From: Halarcobacter sp.
GTDB taxonomy: Bacteria; Campylobacterota; Campylobacteria; Campylobacterales; Arcobacteraceae
Length of the DNA: 64,000 nucleotides
Reading direction: 5' to 3'
Assembly (NCBI GenBank): GCA_963676565.1
Contig: OY781089.1
Location: 1,408,001-1,472,000 of the forward strand
Shown one piece after another: positions 48,092 to 58,067 of this stretch; within the stretch, counting starts at the first letter, position 1, and every line of letters begins with the position of its first letter. The notes below the pieces were generated by a model. The model did not search any database. It was not told the origin of the DNA and saw only the letters and a program-made list of their open reading frames with translations. The position numbers and the translations under genes were made by a program.

Positions 48092-50689
48092 ATGAAGAAA
48101 TCACAAAGTAAATTTTCTTCAATGCTTTTAGGTACTGCACTTGTAGCTTCAGTTGCTTCTGGAGCTACAAATGAATTATCTAAAGTAATGAAAGAAAGAG
48201 GCTTATCTGAAATTGATGTTATCAGAGCAGCTAAAACTTATAACCCTACAGGGGTAAAAGATAAATATGTTGTATTTTCATCTGGTGGACAATCTGGACA
48301 AGTAATTGTTTATGGTGTACCATCAATGAGAATTCTAAAATACATTGGTGTATTTACACCAGAACCATGGCAAGGTTATGGTTTTGATAAAGACTCTTTA
48401 GAAGTTCTTAGACAAGGTAATATTAGAGGAAGAGAGATTAACTGGGGTGATACTCACCACCCAGCACTTTCTGAAATTGATGGAAAATATGATGGTAAAT
48501 GGCTAGCAATTAATGATAAAGCTAACCCGAGAATTGCAATTATTGATTTAGCAGATTTTGAAACAAAACAAATTGTTCCAAATCCAGTATTTAAATCAGA
48601 TCATGGTGGAGCATTTTTTACTCCAAATTCAGAGTATATTATTGAAGCATCACAATATGCAGCTCCATTTGATAACAATTATCACCCAATTGAAGAGTAC
48701 AAAGAGACTTATAGAGGTGGAGTTACAATGTGGAAATTCGACAATAAAATTGGTCGAATTATGCCAGATGATTCATTTACAATAGAGTTCCCTCCATATC
48801 ACCAAGATTTATCTGATGCAGGTAAAGGTATAAGTTACGGTTGGGGATTTACAAACTCATTTAATACAGAGATGTATACAGGTGGAATTGAAGTTGGTAT
48901 GCCACCAAATGAAGCTGGTATGTCAAGAAATGACACTGACTTCTTACATGTATATAACTGGGAAAAATTAGCTAAATTAGCTGAAAATCCCAAAAATGTA
49001 AAAGTTATAAATAATCATAAAGTTGTTCCTATGGATATTGCAGTTAAAAATAATGCTTTATTTTTAATTCCAGAACCAAAATCACCTCATGGTGTTGATG
49101 TTGATCCAACAGGTCAATACTTAGTTGTTTGTGGTAAATTAGACACTCATGCTTCAGTTTATGATTTTAAAAAAATCAAAAAATTAATTGATAATAAAGA
49201 ATATGCTGGTAAAGACCCATATGGTATTCCAATTTTAGATATGAAAAAATCTTTACATGGACAACTAGAATTAGGTCTTGGGCCTTTACATAACCAATAT
49301 TCTCCAGTTGATGGTGAAATTTATACATCTTTATATGTTGATTCACAAGTTGTAAAATGGAACTTTAAAGATCTGAAAGTTATTGATAAAGAAAACGTTC
49401 ACTACAACATTGGACACTTAGCTGGTATGGAAGGTAAATCTGCGGATCCTCAAGGGGACTATATTATTGCATTAAATAAATTAGCAATTGATAGATTCCA
49501 AAATGTTGGTCCTTTACATCCTCAAAATCACCAGTTAATTGATATTAAAGGTAAAACTATGGATTTACTTGTTGACATGCCACTTCCTTTAGGTGAACCT
49601 CACCAAGCGGTTGCAATTAGAGCAAGTAAACTTCATCCTCATGTAAGATATAAAATGGGTACAAACTCAAAAACTGGTAAAATTCATAAAGGTAAAACAC
49701 TTGCAGGAGAAGAGAGAATTGAAAGAGATGGTAAAAATGTAACTGTTTATGCTACTCTTGTTAGATCTCATATTAATCCTGAAAGAATTACAGTTAACAA
49801 AGGTGATAAAGTTACAATTCATATGACAAATCTTGAAAGAGCTCAAGATGAAACACATGGATTTACAATTGATAACTATGATATTCATGGCTCTCTTGAA
49901 CCAGGTGAAACTACAACATTAGAGTTTACTGCTGATGTTGAGGGTGTTTTCCCTTATTATTGTACAGAGTTCTGTTCTGCACTTCACTTAGAAATGATGG
50001 GTTATATGATGGTTAAAGACCCAGACAAAAAATATGTAAGCGCTCAAAAACTTAAAATGAAAACAATGTCTCCTGAAGAGTTAAAAGCTGAATATGATAA
50101 AACAGTTGCTGTAAATAATGCAACTGATGCAGTTATTCAATCAGTTGTTAAGTTCTTAAAAGACAACAAGTTCCAAGATCATAAAGTTGTAGCAAATCTT
50201 GTTACAGATGCACTTGACCAATATAATAAAATTCCTGAGCAAAAGAAAAAAGCAGATGAAGCATTAAAAGCAGGTGATACTGAAAAAGCAATTTTATTTG
50301 AAAATATGATTTGGCAATTAATGGTTAAAACTGCGGATGTTGGTATTAGAGCAAAAGATACATTAGTAAGAAAAATATCAACAAAACAAAGTGCTGCTGC
50401 TGCAAGAGGTGAAGTAGCATTTGCCGAAGGTGGTTGTAATGGTTGTCACGTGATTGGAAAAGTGTCATCTGGTCCAGATTTAACAGGTGTACTTCAAAGA
50501 CATGAAAATGGTGAACAATGGGTAAGTAACTTTATTTTAGATCCAGAATCTATGTATGATGATCCATATGTAAAAGGTATGATAGATTATTTCAATTTAA
50601 AAATGCCTAATCAACATATGAGTGAAGAAGAAACTAAAGATATTATTGAATATCTAAAATGGATTGAAGAGAACGCTAATCTTTTCTAA
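48092..50689 (+). CDS. nosZ: Clade II (Sec-dependent) nitrous oxide reductase with C-terminal cytochrome c
   Basis: CuZ His motifs DTHH, DHGG, SPHG, PLH, GHL, EPH; CuA HGF and CTEFCSALHLEM; C-terminal CNGCH..MP; no twin-Arg motif. Confidence 0.98.
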   Translation: MKKSQSKFSSMLLGTALVASVASGATNELSKVMKERGLSEIDVIRAAKTYNPTGVKDKYVVFSSGGQSGQVIVYGVPSMRILKYIGVFTPEPWQGYGFDKDSLEVLRQGNIRGREINWGDTHHPALSEIDGKYDGKWLAINDKANPRIAIIDLADFETKQIVPNPVFKSDHGGAFFTPNSEYIIEASQYAAPFDNNYHPIEEYKETYRGGVTMWKFDNKIGRIMPDDSFTIEFPPYHQDLSDAGKGISYGWGFTNSFNTEMYTGGIEVGMPPNEAGMSRNDTDFLHVYNWEKLAKLAENPKNVKVINNHKVVPMDIAVKNNALFLIPEPKSPHGVDVDPTGQYLVVCGKLDTHASVYDFKKIKKLIDNKEYAGKDPYGIPILDMKKSLHGQLELGLGPLHNQYSPVDGEIYTSLYVDSQVVKWNFKDLKVIDKENVHYNIGHLAGMEGKSADPQGDYIIALNKLAIDRFQNVGPLHPQNHQLIDIKGKTMDLLVDMPLPLGEPHQAVAIRASKLHPHVRYKMGTNSKTGKIHKGKTLAGEERIERDGKNVTVYATLVRSHINPERITVNKGDKVTIHMTNLERAQDETHGFTIDNYDIHGSLEPGETTTLEFTADVEGVFPYYCTEFCSALHLEMMGYMMVKDPDKKYVSAQKLKMKTMSPEELKAEYDKTVAVNNATDAVIQSVVKFLKDNKFQDHKVVANLVTDALDQYNKIPEQKKKADEALKAGDTEKAILFENMIWQLMVKTADVGIRAKDTLVRKISTKQSAAAARGEVAFAEGGCNGCHVIGKVSSGPDLTGVLQRHENGEQWVSNFILDPESMYDDPYVKGMIDYFNLKMPNQHMSEEETKDIIEYLKWIEENANLF

Positions 50690-50700
50690 AAAATTCAAAA

Positions 50701-50740
50701 AAGAGAGGGAAAAAAGTCTTAAGCTTTTTTCTTCTTTCTT
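50701..50740 (+). terminator. Probable terminator/stabilising hairpin after nosZ
   Basis: Purine arm AAGAGAGGGAAAAAAG pairs imperfectly (G-U) with CTTTTTTCTTCTTTCTT. Confidence 0.5.
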
Positions 50741-50780
50741 GATTACCATCAATGAGTAAATTTATCAATTTTGGTAATCT
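50739..50780 (+). promoter_or_regulatory. Crp/Fnr-family box and extended -10 of the nos accessory operon
   Basis: TTGAT-TACC-ATCAA (50739-50752); TGGTAATCT at 50772-50780. Confidence 0.8.
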
Positions 50781-50852
50781 TTTAAATAAGAAATTTTAAA
50801 CTATAAATTATAAAAATAATTTATAGTTTAAAACTTAAAATGAAGGACAAAA

Positions 50853-51647
50853 ATGCATACTAGTTTTATTAAATCAAAAATTTATGCATCTTTAGCATTA
50901 ATATTGCTAACACTGGCATTTACTTTTCCTATGATTGCATTTCATGGAACATTAAATGCAATTGATGAAGATAGAATTGAAGAAATTTCTCCTCTATCTA
51001 TAAAAACTTGGAATTTTTATAATCAAGGAAGATATAAAAGTACTACTACTCCTTTAGAAGCGCATAATGATTTAGAAAAGATGATAGAAAACTCTGCTGA
51101 AATTGGTGTTGCTTCACTTCCCATTTGGTCTTGTTCTTTAGAAGCACCTAACTACCCTAAAAAAGCATTTCCTGAAGGTATCCCAGTATTTTTCCATTTT
51201 GATGGTTTTAGTGGAGAAGTTCATGAAATGAATACAATTAATCATTATGTAGGAATGGACCCAATGTGGGCAGGAGGTCAAATTGAAAGAGAAATAGGTA
51301 TTTATGCGCTTTTAGGACTTTCTTTATTTATGATTTATTTTATTTTATTTCATAAAAAGATATTAACTTATATTATGTATATTCCAGCTGCATTACCTCT
51401 TCTATTTATTGCTGATTATTCTTATTGGCTTTATTGGTTCGGACACAACTTACATGATTGGGGAGCATTTAAAATAAAACCTTTTATGCCAACAGTTTTT
51501 GGTGATGGAAAAATTGCACAATTTACAACACACTCTTATCCAACAATTGGATTTTATGTAATTTTAGCAATTGGATTTTTCTCATTATTATCAATTCTTT
51601 CTAAAAATAAAGCAATGAAAGAAACAGGTATTAACTATAAGGTTTAA
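50853..51647 (+). CDS. nosB: NosB membrane protein
   Basis: LEAPNYP, EMNTINHYVGM, WLYWFGHNL; located between clade II nosZ and nosD. Confidence 0.88.
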   Translation: MHTSFIKSKIYASLALILLTLAFTFPMIAFHGTLNAIDEDRIEEISPLSIKTWNFYNQGRYKSTTTPLEAHNDLEKMIENSAEIGVASLPIWSCSLEAPNYPKKAFPEGIPVFFHFDGFSGEVHEMNTINHYVGMDPMWAGGQIEREIGIYALLGLSLFMIYFILFHKKILTYIMYIPAALPLLFIADYSYWLYWFGHNLHDWGAFKIKPFMPTVFGDGKIAQFTTHSYPTIGFYVILAIGFFSLLSILSKNKAMKETGINYKV

Positions 51648-52861
51648 TGATGTTTAGATTTTTTGTAGCCATTTTCTTATTATTTGTTAATTTTTCTTTT
51701 GCAAACCTTTTACAAGAAGCAATTAATAAAGCAAAAGCTGGTTCGATTTTAAAACTTCCAAAGGGAGTTTATAAAGGACGAATTAAAATTGATAAACCTT
51801 TAACTATTATTGGAAAAGAAGAGGGGGTTATAATTGATGGACTAGGTGTTGGAACTGTTGTTTCAATAAACAGCCCTTATGTAACACTTAAAAACTTAAC
51901 CATACAAAATAGTGGAAGTAGACATGAAAATTTAGACTCAGGTATTAAAATTGAAAATTCTAAGCAATCAGAAATTTCAAATTGTATTATAAGAGATTCA
52001 TTATTTGGAATTGATATGTCTACAACAAATAACTCTATTATCTCAAATAATTATATAACTTCAAAGGATCTGTCTCTTGGATTAAGAGGTGATGGACTTA
52101 GAATTTGGTATTCAAATGACAATATAATCAAAAAAAATAAACTTGTTAAATCAAGGGACATGGTTGTTTGGTATTCCCATGGTAATCAAATAGTTGAAAA
52201 TTATGGTGAAAATAATAGATATTCTCTACATTTTATGTATGCGGGTAAAAACTATGTTCACAATAATACTTATAAATTTAACTCAGTTGGAATATTTTTT
52301 ATGTATAGCAAAGATACTATTGCAACTGGAAATGTTATAAAAAGTTCATTGGGAGCTACTGGTATGGGCATTGGACTTAAAGATGTTTCAAATTTTACAC
52401 TTAAAGACAACACGGTTATTTATAATGCAATTGGAGTATATATTGATAGATCTCCTTTTGAGCCAGATACAAATAATTGGATAGAAAACAATAAAGTTTT
52501 ATATAACTCTGAAGCACTGCATTTTCACTCTTTATGTGAAAATAATATTATAAAAGGAAACTCTATTATAGGAAATATTGAAGATATTGTAAACGATAGT
52601 AGGGGTGCAAAAACATATGAAAATGAGATAGTAGGAAATTATTGGGATAATTATGAAGGATTTGATAAAAACGCAGATAATATAGGAGATACTCCTCATA
52701 AAGTTTATCAGTATGCTGATCAATTATGGGTTTATAATACAGATGTAAAATTTTTCTACGGTTCTCCTGTTATCTCATTACTAAACTTTCTTGCAAAATT
52801 GGCTCCATTTAGTGAACCAGTTTTTTTAATGGAAGATTTAAAACCGAAGTTAAAGTTATAA
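51647..52861 (+). CDS. nosD: Nitrous oxide reductase maturation protein NosD
   Basis: Beta-helix repeats, RGDG, RYSLHFMY, GNYWDNY..D..GD. Confidence 0.95.
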   Translation: MMFRFFVAIFLLFVNFSFANLLQEAINKAKAGSILKLPKGVYKGRIKIDKPLTIIGKEEGVIIDGLGVGTVVSINSPYVTLKNLTIQNSGSRHENLDSGIKIENSKQSEISNCIIRDSLFGIDMSTTNNSIISNNYITSKDLSLGLRGDGLRIWYSNDNIIKKNKLVKSRDMVVWYSHGNQIVENYGENNRYSLHFMYAGKNYVHNNTYKFNSVGIFFMYSKDTIATGNVIKSSLGATGMGIGLKDVSNFTLKDNTVIYNAIGVYIDRSPFEPDTNNWIENNKVLYNSEALHFHSLCENNIIKGNSIIGNIEDIVNDSRGAKTYENEIVGNYWDNYEGFDKNADNIGDTPHKVYQYADQLWVYNTDVKFFYGSPVISLLNFLAKLAPFSEPVFLMEDLKPKLKL

Positions 52862-52871
52862 GGATTTAATA

Positions 52872-53615
52872 ATGGCAAGTATAAAAGAAGATAGAAGAGA
52901 TTTTATTAAGTTTTCAACATTAGGAATATTGGGATTAACTCTTGGAGCAGGGGTAGTTATAAGCCCTTATGCTTTAAATGCAGAGATGAGATTAAGACCA
53001 CCTGGTGCAGTAAATGAAAAAGAGTTTTTAGCATTATGTATCAAATGTGGACAATGTTTGCAAGTATGTCCTTATCATTCTATAGAATTAGCAGATATGG
53101 CAAAAGGTCATGGAGTTGGAACACCATATATTGATGCAAGAGAAAGAGGATGTTATGCATGTAGTGCTGTTCCTTGTGTTTTAGCATGTCCAAGTGGTGC
53201 ACTCGATCATAAAACAGAAAAGCCTGCAGATATAAAAATGGGAATTGCGGTTTTAGAGTTTCCTTACAGATGTTTAGCACGAACAAATACACCTGTTCCA
53301 AAAGGGCATAGTAAAAGAATACATGATTTTACAAATGCTCAAAATAATGTAACCCAATTAGAACTAGATATGCTTGAAAAACTTGATGAGTTTGAAGGAA
53401 AGCAGTGTACCATATGTGCGGATATGTGTCCAATTCCTAATCCATTAAGTGCAATTTCTATGGTTGGTGACGGTGTTGGTAAAAAGCCTGAAGTTTATGA
53501 TGGTTGTATTGGATGTGGTGTATGTGAAGAGTTATGTCCAGCAAGTGAAGCAGCAATTGTAATAAAACCTAGAATGTTATATGAAGACTATTATGAAAAA
53601 GGAAACAAATCATGA
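52872..53615 (+). CDS. nosG: NosG (NapG-like) periplasmic 4Fe-4S protein
   Basis: Tat motif DRRDFIK; LRPPGA; CIKCGQCLQVCP, CYAC, CTICADMCP, CIGCGVCEELCP. Confidence 0.92.
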   Translation: MASIKEDRRDFIKFSTLGILGLTLGAGVVISPYALNAEMRLRPPGAVNEKEFLALCIKCGQCLQVCPYHSIELADMAKGHGVGTPYIDARERGCYACSAVPCVLACPSGALDHKTEKPADIKMGIAVLEFPYRCLARTNTPVPKGHSKRIHDFTNAQNNVTQLELDMLEKLDEFEGKQCTICADMCPIPNPLSAISMVGDGVGKKPEVYDGCIGCGVCEELCPASEAAIVIKPRMLYEDYYEKGNKS

Positions 53616-54208
53616 TAAAAAAATTATTATTACCATTAGTAATTATTCTATTAGTTTCAGGATGTTCTGAAAAAAAAGAAGAGAAAAAAGTAGAACAAAA
53701 AGTTACTCAAAAACAAGAATCTCTCAAAATAGAAATAGAAGAAAATGAAAATGCAAAAGAGATTAAAGTAGCTGAAAAAAATGAAAAATCAGATAAAAAT
53801 GAAACATATTATTTTAATTATGGTGTAAAAAGCGAATATGATCCAAATTCAAAACCAGCGAATGAAGATGCCTCAGTTAGAGTTAAACCTAGAACTTCTA
53901 TTGATGCAAATATGCATGTTAGAAGTCCCTATGAAAAAGTTAAAATTTCAATGTTAGTAAAAAGACTTAGTAAAGAGTTTATTGTTAAGTGTTCAGCTTG
54001 TCATAATGATTATGCTAATGGGATTATTGGTCCATCATTACTTGATAAAGATGATAAATTTATTTATGAAAGTATTCTTAAGTTTAAAAATAATAAAGAT
54101 GCAAATGTTTTAATGACGGGTTTAGTTAATCAAATGGATGAAGAAACTATTAAAAGAATTGCAAAAGAGATATTTGAATTTAATAAGCAAGTTAAGGAAA
54201 TGCAATGA
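53612..54208 (+). CDS. nosC1: Monoheme cytochrome c lipoprotein (NosC1-like)
   Basis: Lipobox VSGC, CSACH, GPSL, distal Met; position in a Wolinella-type nos cluster. Confidence 0.8.
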   Translation: MIKKLLLPLVIILLVSGCSEKKEEKKVEQKVTQKQESLKIEIEENENAKEIKVAEKNEKSDKNETYYFNYGVKSEYDPNSKPANEDASVRVKPRTSIDANMHVRSPYEKVKISMLVKRLSKEFIVKCSACHNDYANGIIGPSLLDKDDKFIYESILKFKNNKDANVLMTGLVNQMDEETIKRIAKEIFEFNKQVKEMQ

Positions 54209-54690
54209 AAAAAGTAATAGCCTTAATTTCTACAGCTATTGTTTTGGGTCTTATGGTTTTAACATTTTTTAAGGGACCAGCATATCAAGGTGGTAAAGCA
54301 GGTCATATAATTGAAGACTTAAAGGCTTTAGAGCAAAAAGCTAAAATTGAACCAATTAAAGAGAAAGATGTAGGGGCCGAAAAATTAAAAGCCCTTAGAG
54401 ACAAAGCTGGTAATACCTCTAGTTTTGAAGTTAGTGATGCATATAAAAGTAAATGTGCTTCATGTCATGGAGTTGATGGAAGTGGAACTCAAAATGGTAA
54501 AAAACTTATGGGACCTGGTTTAATTGGCCAAAGTGAGGATAAGCTTTTAAAAGATTTAGTTGATTTTAAAGCAGGTAGAAAAGAGAATTTTATTATGAAA
54601 GGTTTATTAATGAATCTTTCAGAAGAAGATTTAAAAAGTTTTGCAAAAGAGATTTCACAGTTTGAAGCACGAAAAAATGCTTTAAAGTAA
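54205..54690 (+). CDS. nosC2: Monoheme cytochrome c (NosC2-like)
   Basis: N-terminal anchor, CASCHG, NFIMKG. Confidence 0.8.
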   Translation: MKKVIALISTAIVLGLMVLTFFKGPAYQGGKAGHIIEDLKALEQKAKIEPIKEKDVGAEKLKALRDKAGNTSSFEVSDAYKSKCASCHGVDGSGTQNGKKLMGPGLIGQSEDKLLKDLVDFKAGRKENFIMKGLLMNLSEEDLKSFAKEISQFEARKNALK

Positions 54691-54700
54691 GGATTAAAAA

Positions 54701-55606
54701 ATGGATAAATGGAATAATAGAGAAACAATAAAAAAATCAAGCTTTATATCGACATTTTTTGATAAAACAAAAGATGGAAAAACAATAATTTCATATAGAA
54801 TGAAGAGGTGGATAGTAATTATTTCAATTCATTTATTATTTTTCTTATCTTTTGCTATTGATATTCAAACATTAGAAGGAACATTAAATGGTTCAAGATT
54901 CTTAGGGTTTCACTTAATTGACCCTTTTACAACTATTCAAATGTATCTTGCAACATATCATATGCCTGTAAATATTGTAATTGGTACGGTTACAATTTTA
55001 TTTTTTTATCTACTTATAGGGGGACGAACTTATTGTTCATGGGTTTGTCCTTATGGATTATTAAGTGAAATTGGTGAGAAGATTCATAATACACTAGTTA
55101 ATAAAAAAATTATTAAAGAGAGAAAATTTGACCATAGAGTAAGACATGTCTTTTGGGCAATGTTTATGGTTATGGCATTTACAAGTGGATATTTAGTATT
55201 TGAAACTTTTAATGTAGTTGGAATTTTAAGTAGATTTATTGCTTATGGATGGAGTTTAGCTTTATCATGGGTTTTAATTGTTTTTTTAATTGAAGTATTT
55301 TATTCAAGACGTGCTTGGTGTACATATATTTGTCCTATTGGAACAACATATGGGTATATAGGAAAAGTAAGTGGTCTTAGAATAGAGTGGAATGATAGTT
55401 GTGATCATTGTATGGTTTGTCATGATGTTTGCTTTGAAAGTCAAGTTTTAGAGTTGACAAAAGGTAAATATGATGAAGAAAGAAAAGAAAAAGGAATTAA
55501 AAAGCAATACGTAACAGGTGCAGATTGTACTTTATGTGGAAGATGTATTGATGTTTGTCACTCTGATGCTTTAAAATACGACTTTAGGTTAAAAGGTTTA
55601 ATTTAA
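54701..55606 (+). CDS. nosH: NosH (NapH-like) quinol dehydrogenase membrane subunit
   Basis: GGRTYCSWVCP, WCTYICP, CDHCMVCHDVC, CTLCGRCIDVC. Confidence 0.93.
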   Translation: MDKWNNRETIKKSSFISTFFDKTKDGKTIISYRMKRWIVIISIHLLFFLSFAIDIQTLEGTLNGSRFLGFHLIDPFTTIQMYLATYHMPVNIVIGTVTILFFYLLIGGRTYCSWVCPYGLLSEIGEKIHNTLVNKKIIKERKFDHRVRHVFWAMFMVMAFTSGYLVFETFNVVGILSRFIAYGWSLALSWVLIVFLIEVFYSRRAWCTYICPIGTTYGYIGKVSGLRIEWNDSCDHCMVCHDVCFESQVLELTKGKYDEERKEKGIKKQYVTGADCTLCGRCIDVCHSDALKYDFRLKGLI

Positions 55607-55607
55607 A

Positions 55608-56252
55608 ATGATTAAAATAGATAATTTAACAAAAAGATTTGGCTCTCACATATCTTTAGATAATGTAAGCATACAATTTGATAAAAATGATCATATTGCA
55701 ATAATGGGACCAAATGGTGCTGGAAAAACAACTTTAATTAGATCAATTATGGGATATTATCATCCAAATTCAGGGGAGGTTCTTATAAATGGATTGAATC
55801 CAATTAAGAATAGAACAAAAGTTTTAGATTCTATTTCTTTTGTTCCTCAACTTCCACCACCTATTAAACTTAGCTTAAATGAGTTAATGAAATATATTCA
55901 AGCTAGTTCTAATGTAGATATTGCAGAGATTATTCATTATGCAAATGAGATGAAATTAGATATTAATGCAAATTTAAATAAATCTTTTTTCAAATTATCA
56001 GGTGGTATGAAACAAAAAATGTTAATTGCAATAAGCTTAGCAAAAAAAAGTGAAATCATAATTTATGATGAACCAACGGCAAATTTAGATCCAAAGGCAA
56101 GGGATGATTTCTATAGATTATTAGAAAAGAATGAAAAAGAAAAAATTTCACTTTTTGTAACCCATAGACTTGATGAGGTTAAGGATATCGTTAATAGACA
56201 GATTTATATGGATTTAGGGAAAGTTATTTCTGATGAAAGAGTAGGAAATTAA
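55608..56252 (+). CDS. nosF: ABC transporter ATPase NosF
   Basis: GPNGAGKT, LSGGM, YDEPT; in the nos operon. Confidence 0.88.
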   Translation: MIKIDNLTKRFGSHISLDNVSIQFDKNDHIAIMGPNGAGKTTLIRSIMGYYHPNSGEVLINGLNPIKNRTKVLDSISFVPQLPPPIKLSLNELMKYIQASSNVDIAEIIHYANEMKLDINANLNKSFFKLSGGMKQKMLIAISLAKKSEIIIYDEPTANLDPKARDDFYRLLEKNEKEKISLFVTHRLDEVKDIVNRQIYMDLGKVISDERVGN

Positions 56253-56253
56253 T

Positions 56254-56712
56254 ATGAATAATATATCGCGTCGAAATTTTATTTTATTATCTGGTCTTGG
56301 TATCCCATTATTCTTTAGTGCTTGTGAAAAAGAGAGTTCAGGAGAAATACAAGAAATTAAATGGGATAGAGATATGTGTGATAGATGCAAAATGGTAATT
56401 AGTGATAGAAAGCATGCTGCGCAAGTTATAAATATGAAGAATGGAAGAGTTTATAAGTTTGATGATATAGGCTGCGTTCCTTTATGGTTTAAAGAAGAAA
56501 ATATCACGTGGAAAGATAATGCAAAAATTTGGATTACAGATGTTGACACAGGAAAATGGATTGATGCAAGAAAAGCATTTTATGATGGTATGACTATAAC
56601 ACCAATGGGATATGGGTTTGCAGCTCATGAAACAAAAAAAGCAATAAAGCCTGACCTTGAAGTTTTTACTTTCAGTGATATGGAAAAAAGAGTTTTGGCT
56701 AGGGGACGATAA
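56254..56712 (+). CDS. nosL: NosL copper chaperone (twin-Arg lipoprotein)
   Basis: SRRNFI plus lipobox FSAC; CDRCKM, FDDIGC, WIDA, TPMGYG. Confidence 0.85.
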   Translation: MNNISRRNFILLSGLGIPLFFSACEKESSGEIQEIKWDRDMCDRCKMVISDRKHAAQVINMKNGRVYKFDDIGCVPLWFKEENITWKDNAKIWITDVDTGKWIDARKAFYDGMTITPMGYGFAAHETKKAIKPDLEVFTFSDMEKRVLARGR

Positions 56713-56713
56713 G

Positions 56714-57541
56714 GTGAAGAATTTATTACTAATAGCTTATTTAGATCTAAAAGAATCGATTAGAGCAAAATGGTTTATTGTTTATTCTCTTGTTTTTGGA
56801 GGAATGATAGCTTTATTTTTTGTAGCAGGTGTTACACAATCACAGGTTATGGGATTTAGTGGATTAAGTAGATTATTACTTATGTATATACAAGTTACAA
56901 TTGTAATTTTACCTATATTTATATTAATAACAACAGTACGGTCTATTTCTGGAGATAGAGATACTCATATTTTAGAATATATGTTATCTTTTCCAATTTC
57001 ATTAAAACAATATTATTGGGGTAAAATTTTAGGAAGATTTATTACAGTTTTTTTACCTGTATTTTTTGCAATGGTTTTTGCAATAATCTATGGAATCTTT
57101 ATCGGCGCTGATATCCCTTGGGATATATTTATTTTGTATACAGGTTTATTGTTTTCACTTACTTCAGCATTTTTAGGTATAGCATTTTTTATCTCTTCAT
57201 TTGTAAAAACAAGTGAAATTGCTTTAGGAATATCATTTTTTATATGGATATTTTTATTAGCCTTTTTAGATATTGCTTTAATCTCTTTAATGATGCAAAA
57301 TAGATTTGATGAGTCACTTATTATTACAATTGCTCTTTTAAATCCTATGGAGATTTTTAGAGTTGCAGCAATCTCTTTATTTGATCCATCCTTAACCGTA
57401 ATGGGACCAGTAGCATTTTATATTTTAGATACGTTTAAACAAACTACTTTTGTATTGATTTCTATAGCTTACCCAGTTATATTAGGATTAGTTTTTGCCT
57501 TTTTAGGTTATTTTATATTTGCGAAAAAAGATTTAGTTTAA
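56714..57541 (+). CDS. nosY: ABC transporter permease NosY
   Basis: GDRDTHILEYMLSFPIS, GKILGRF, LLNPMEIFR; GTG start at 56714 (ORF track starts at 56657). Confidence 0.9.
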   Translation: MKNLLLIAYLDLKESIRAKWFIVYSLVFGGMIALFFVAGVTQSQVMGFSGLSRLLLMYIQVTIVILPIFILITTVRSISGDRDTHILEYMLSFPISLKQYYWGKILGRFITVFLPVFFAMVFAIIYGIFIGADIPWDIFILYTGLLFSLTSAFLGIAFFISSFVKTSEIALGISFFIWIFLLAFLDIALISLMMQNRFDESLIITIALLNPMEIFRVAAISLFDPSLTVMGPVAFYILDTFKQTTFVLISIAYPVILGLVFAFLGYFIFAKKDLV

Positions 57542-57550
57542 AGGATATTC

Positions 57551-58039
57551 ATGAAAAAATTATCGACAATTATATTAAGTTGTATGTTTGGCTTTCTAGC
57601 TCTTAATGCAGAAGTTACGTACTCTATGAATTTTGACAAAGAAACAAAAAGTTTAGTTAGAAAAATGTATGTTTATAAAAATCCTGCTTGGGTTTCAAAG
57701 GTTGTAAATAAAGACTTTAAAGAACTTTATTTTGTAAGTCCTAAATCTATGTTTGAATTCTATTTCAATCCTGAAAAATGGGAAGAAGCTAATACCAAAG
57801 ATTCAACAGAATTAAAAGAACTTATTGTAACAGACTTTAAAACTCACAAAGTAATAAATGCTAGGGGTGCTTTTTATGTATATGGAAGTAATAAAATCTC
57901 ACCAGCAGGGGATGATTTACCAGCATTTGAAAGCTATGATGATGCCGAATCATTTGCAAAAAGTAATAATGGTAAAAGAATTTTTTCATTTAAAGAAATG
58001 AAAAAAGGTTTGATTGAATTATTAAATGGAGACATTTAA
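57551..58039 (+). CDS. NosL-like protein lacking the CxxC motif
   Basis: MYVYKNPAW, VTDF, INARGAFYVYGS, PAGDDLPAF; SLVRKM where CxxCxM is expected. Confidence 0.75.
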   Translation: MKKLSTIILSCMFGFLALNAEVTYSMNFDKETKSLVRKMYVYKNPAWVSKVVNKDFKELYFVSPKSMFEFYFNPEKWEEANTKDSTELKELIVTDFKTHKVINARGAFYVYGSNKISPAGDDLPAFESYDDAESFAKSNNGKRIFSFKEMKKGLIELLNGDI

Positions 58040-58067
58040 TAATTCATAAAGTTTTAAAGGAGTAATT

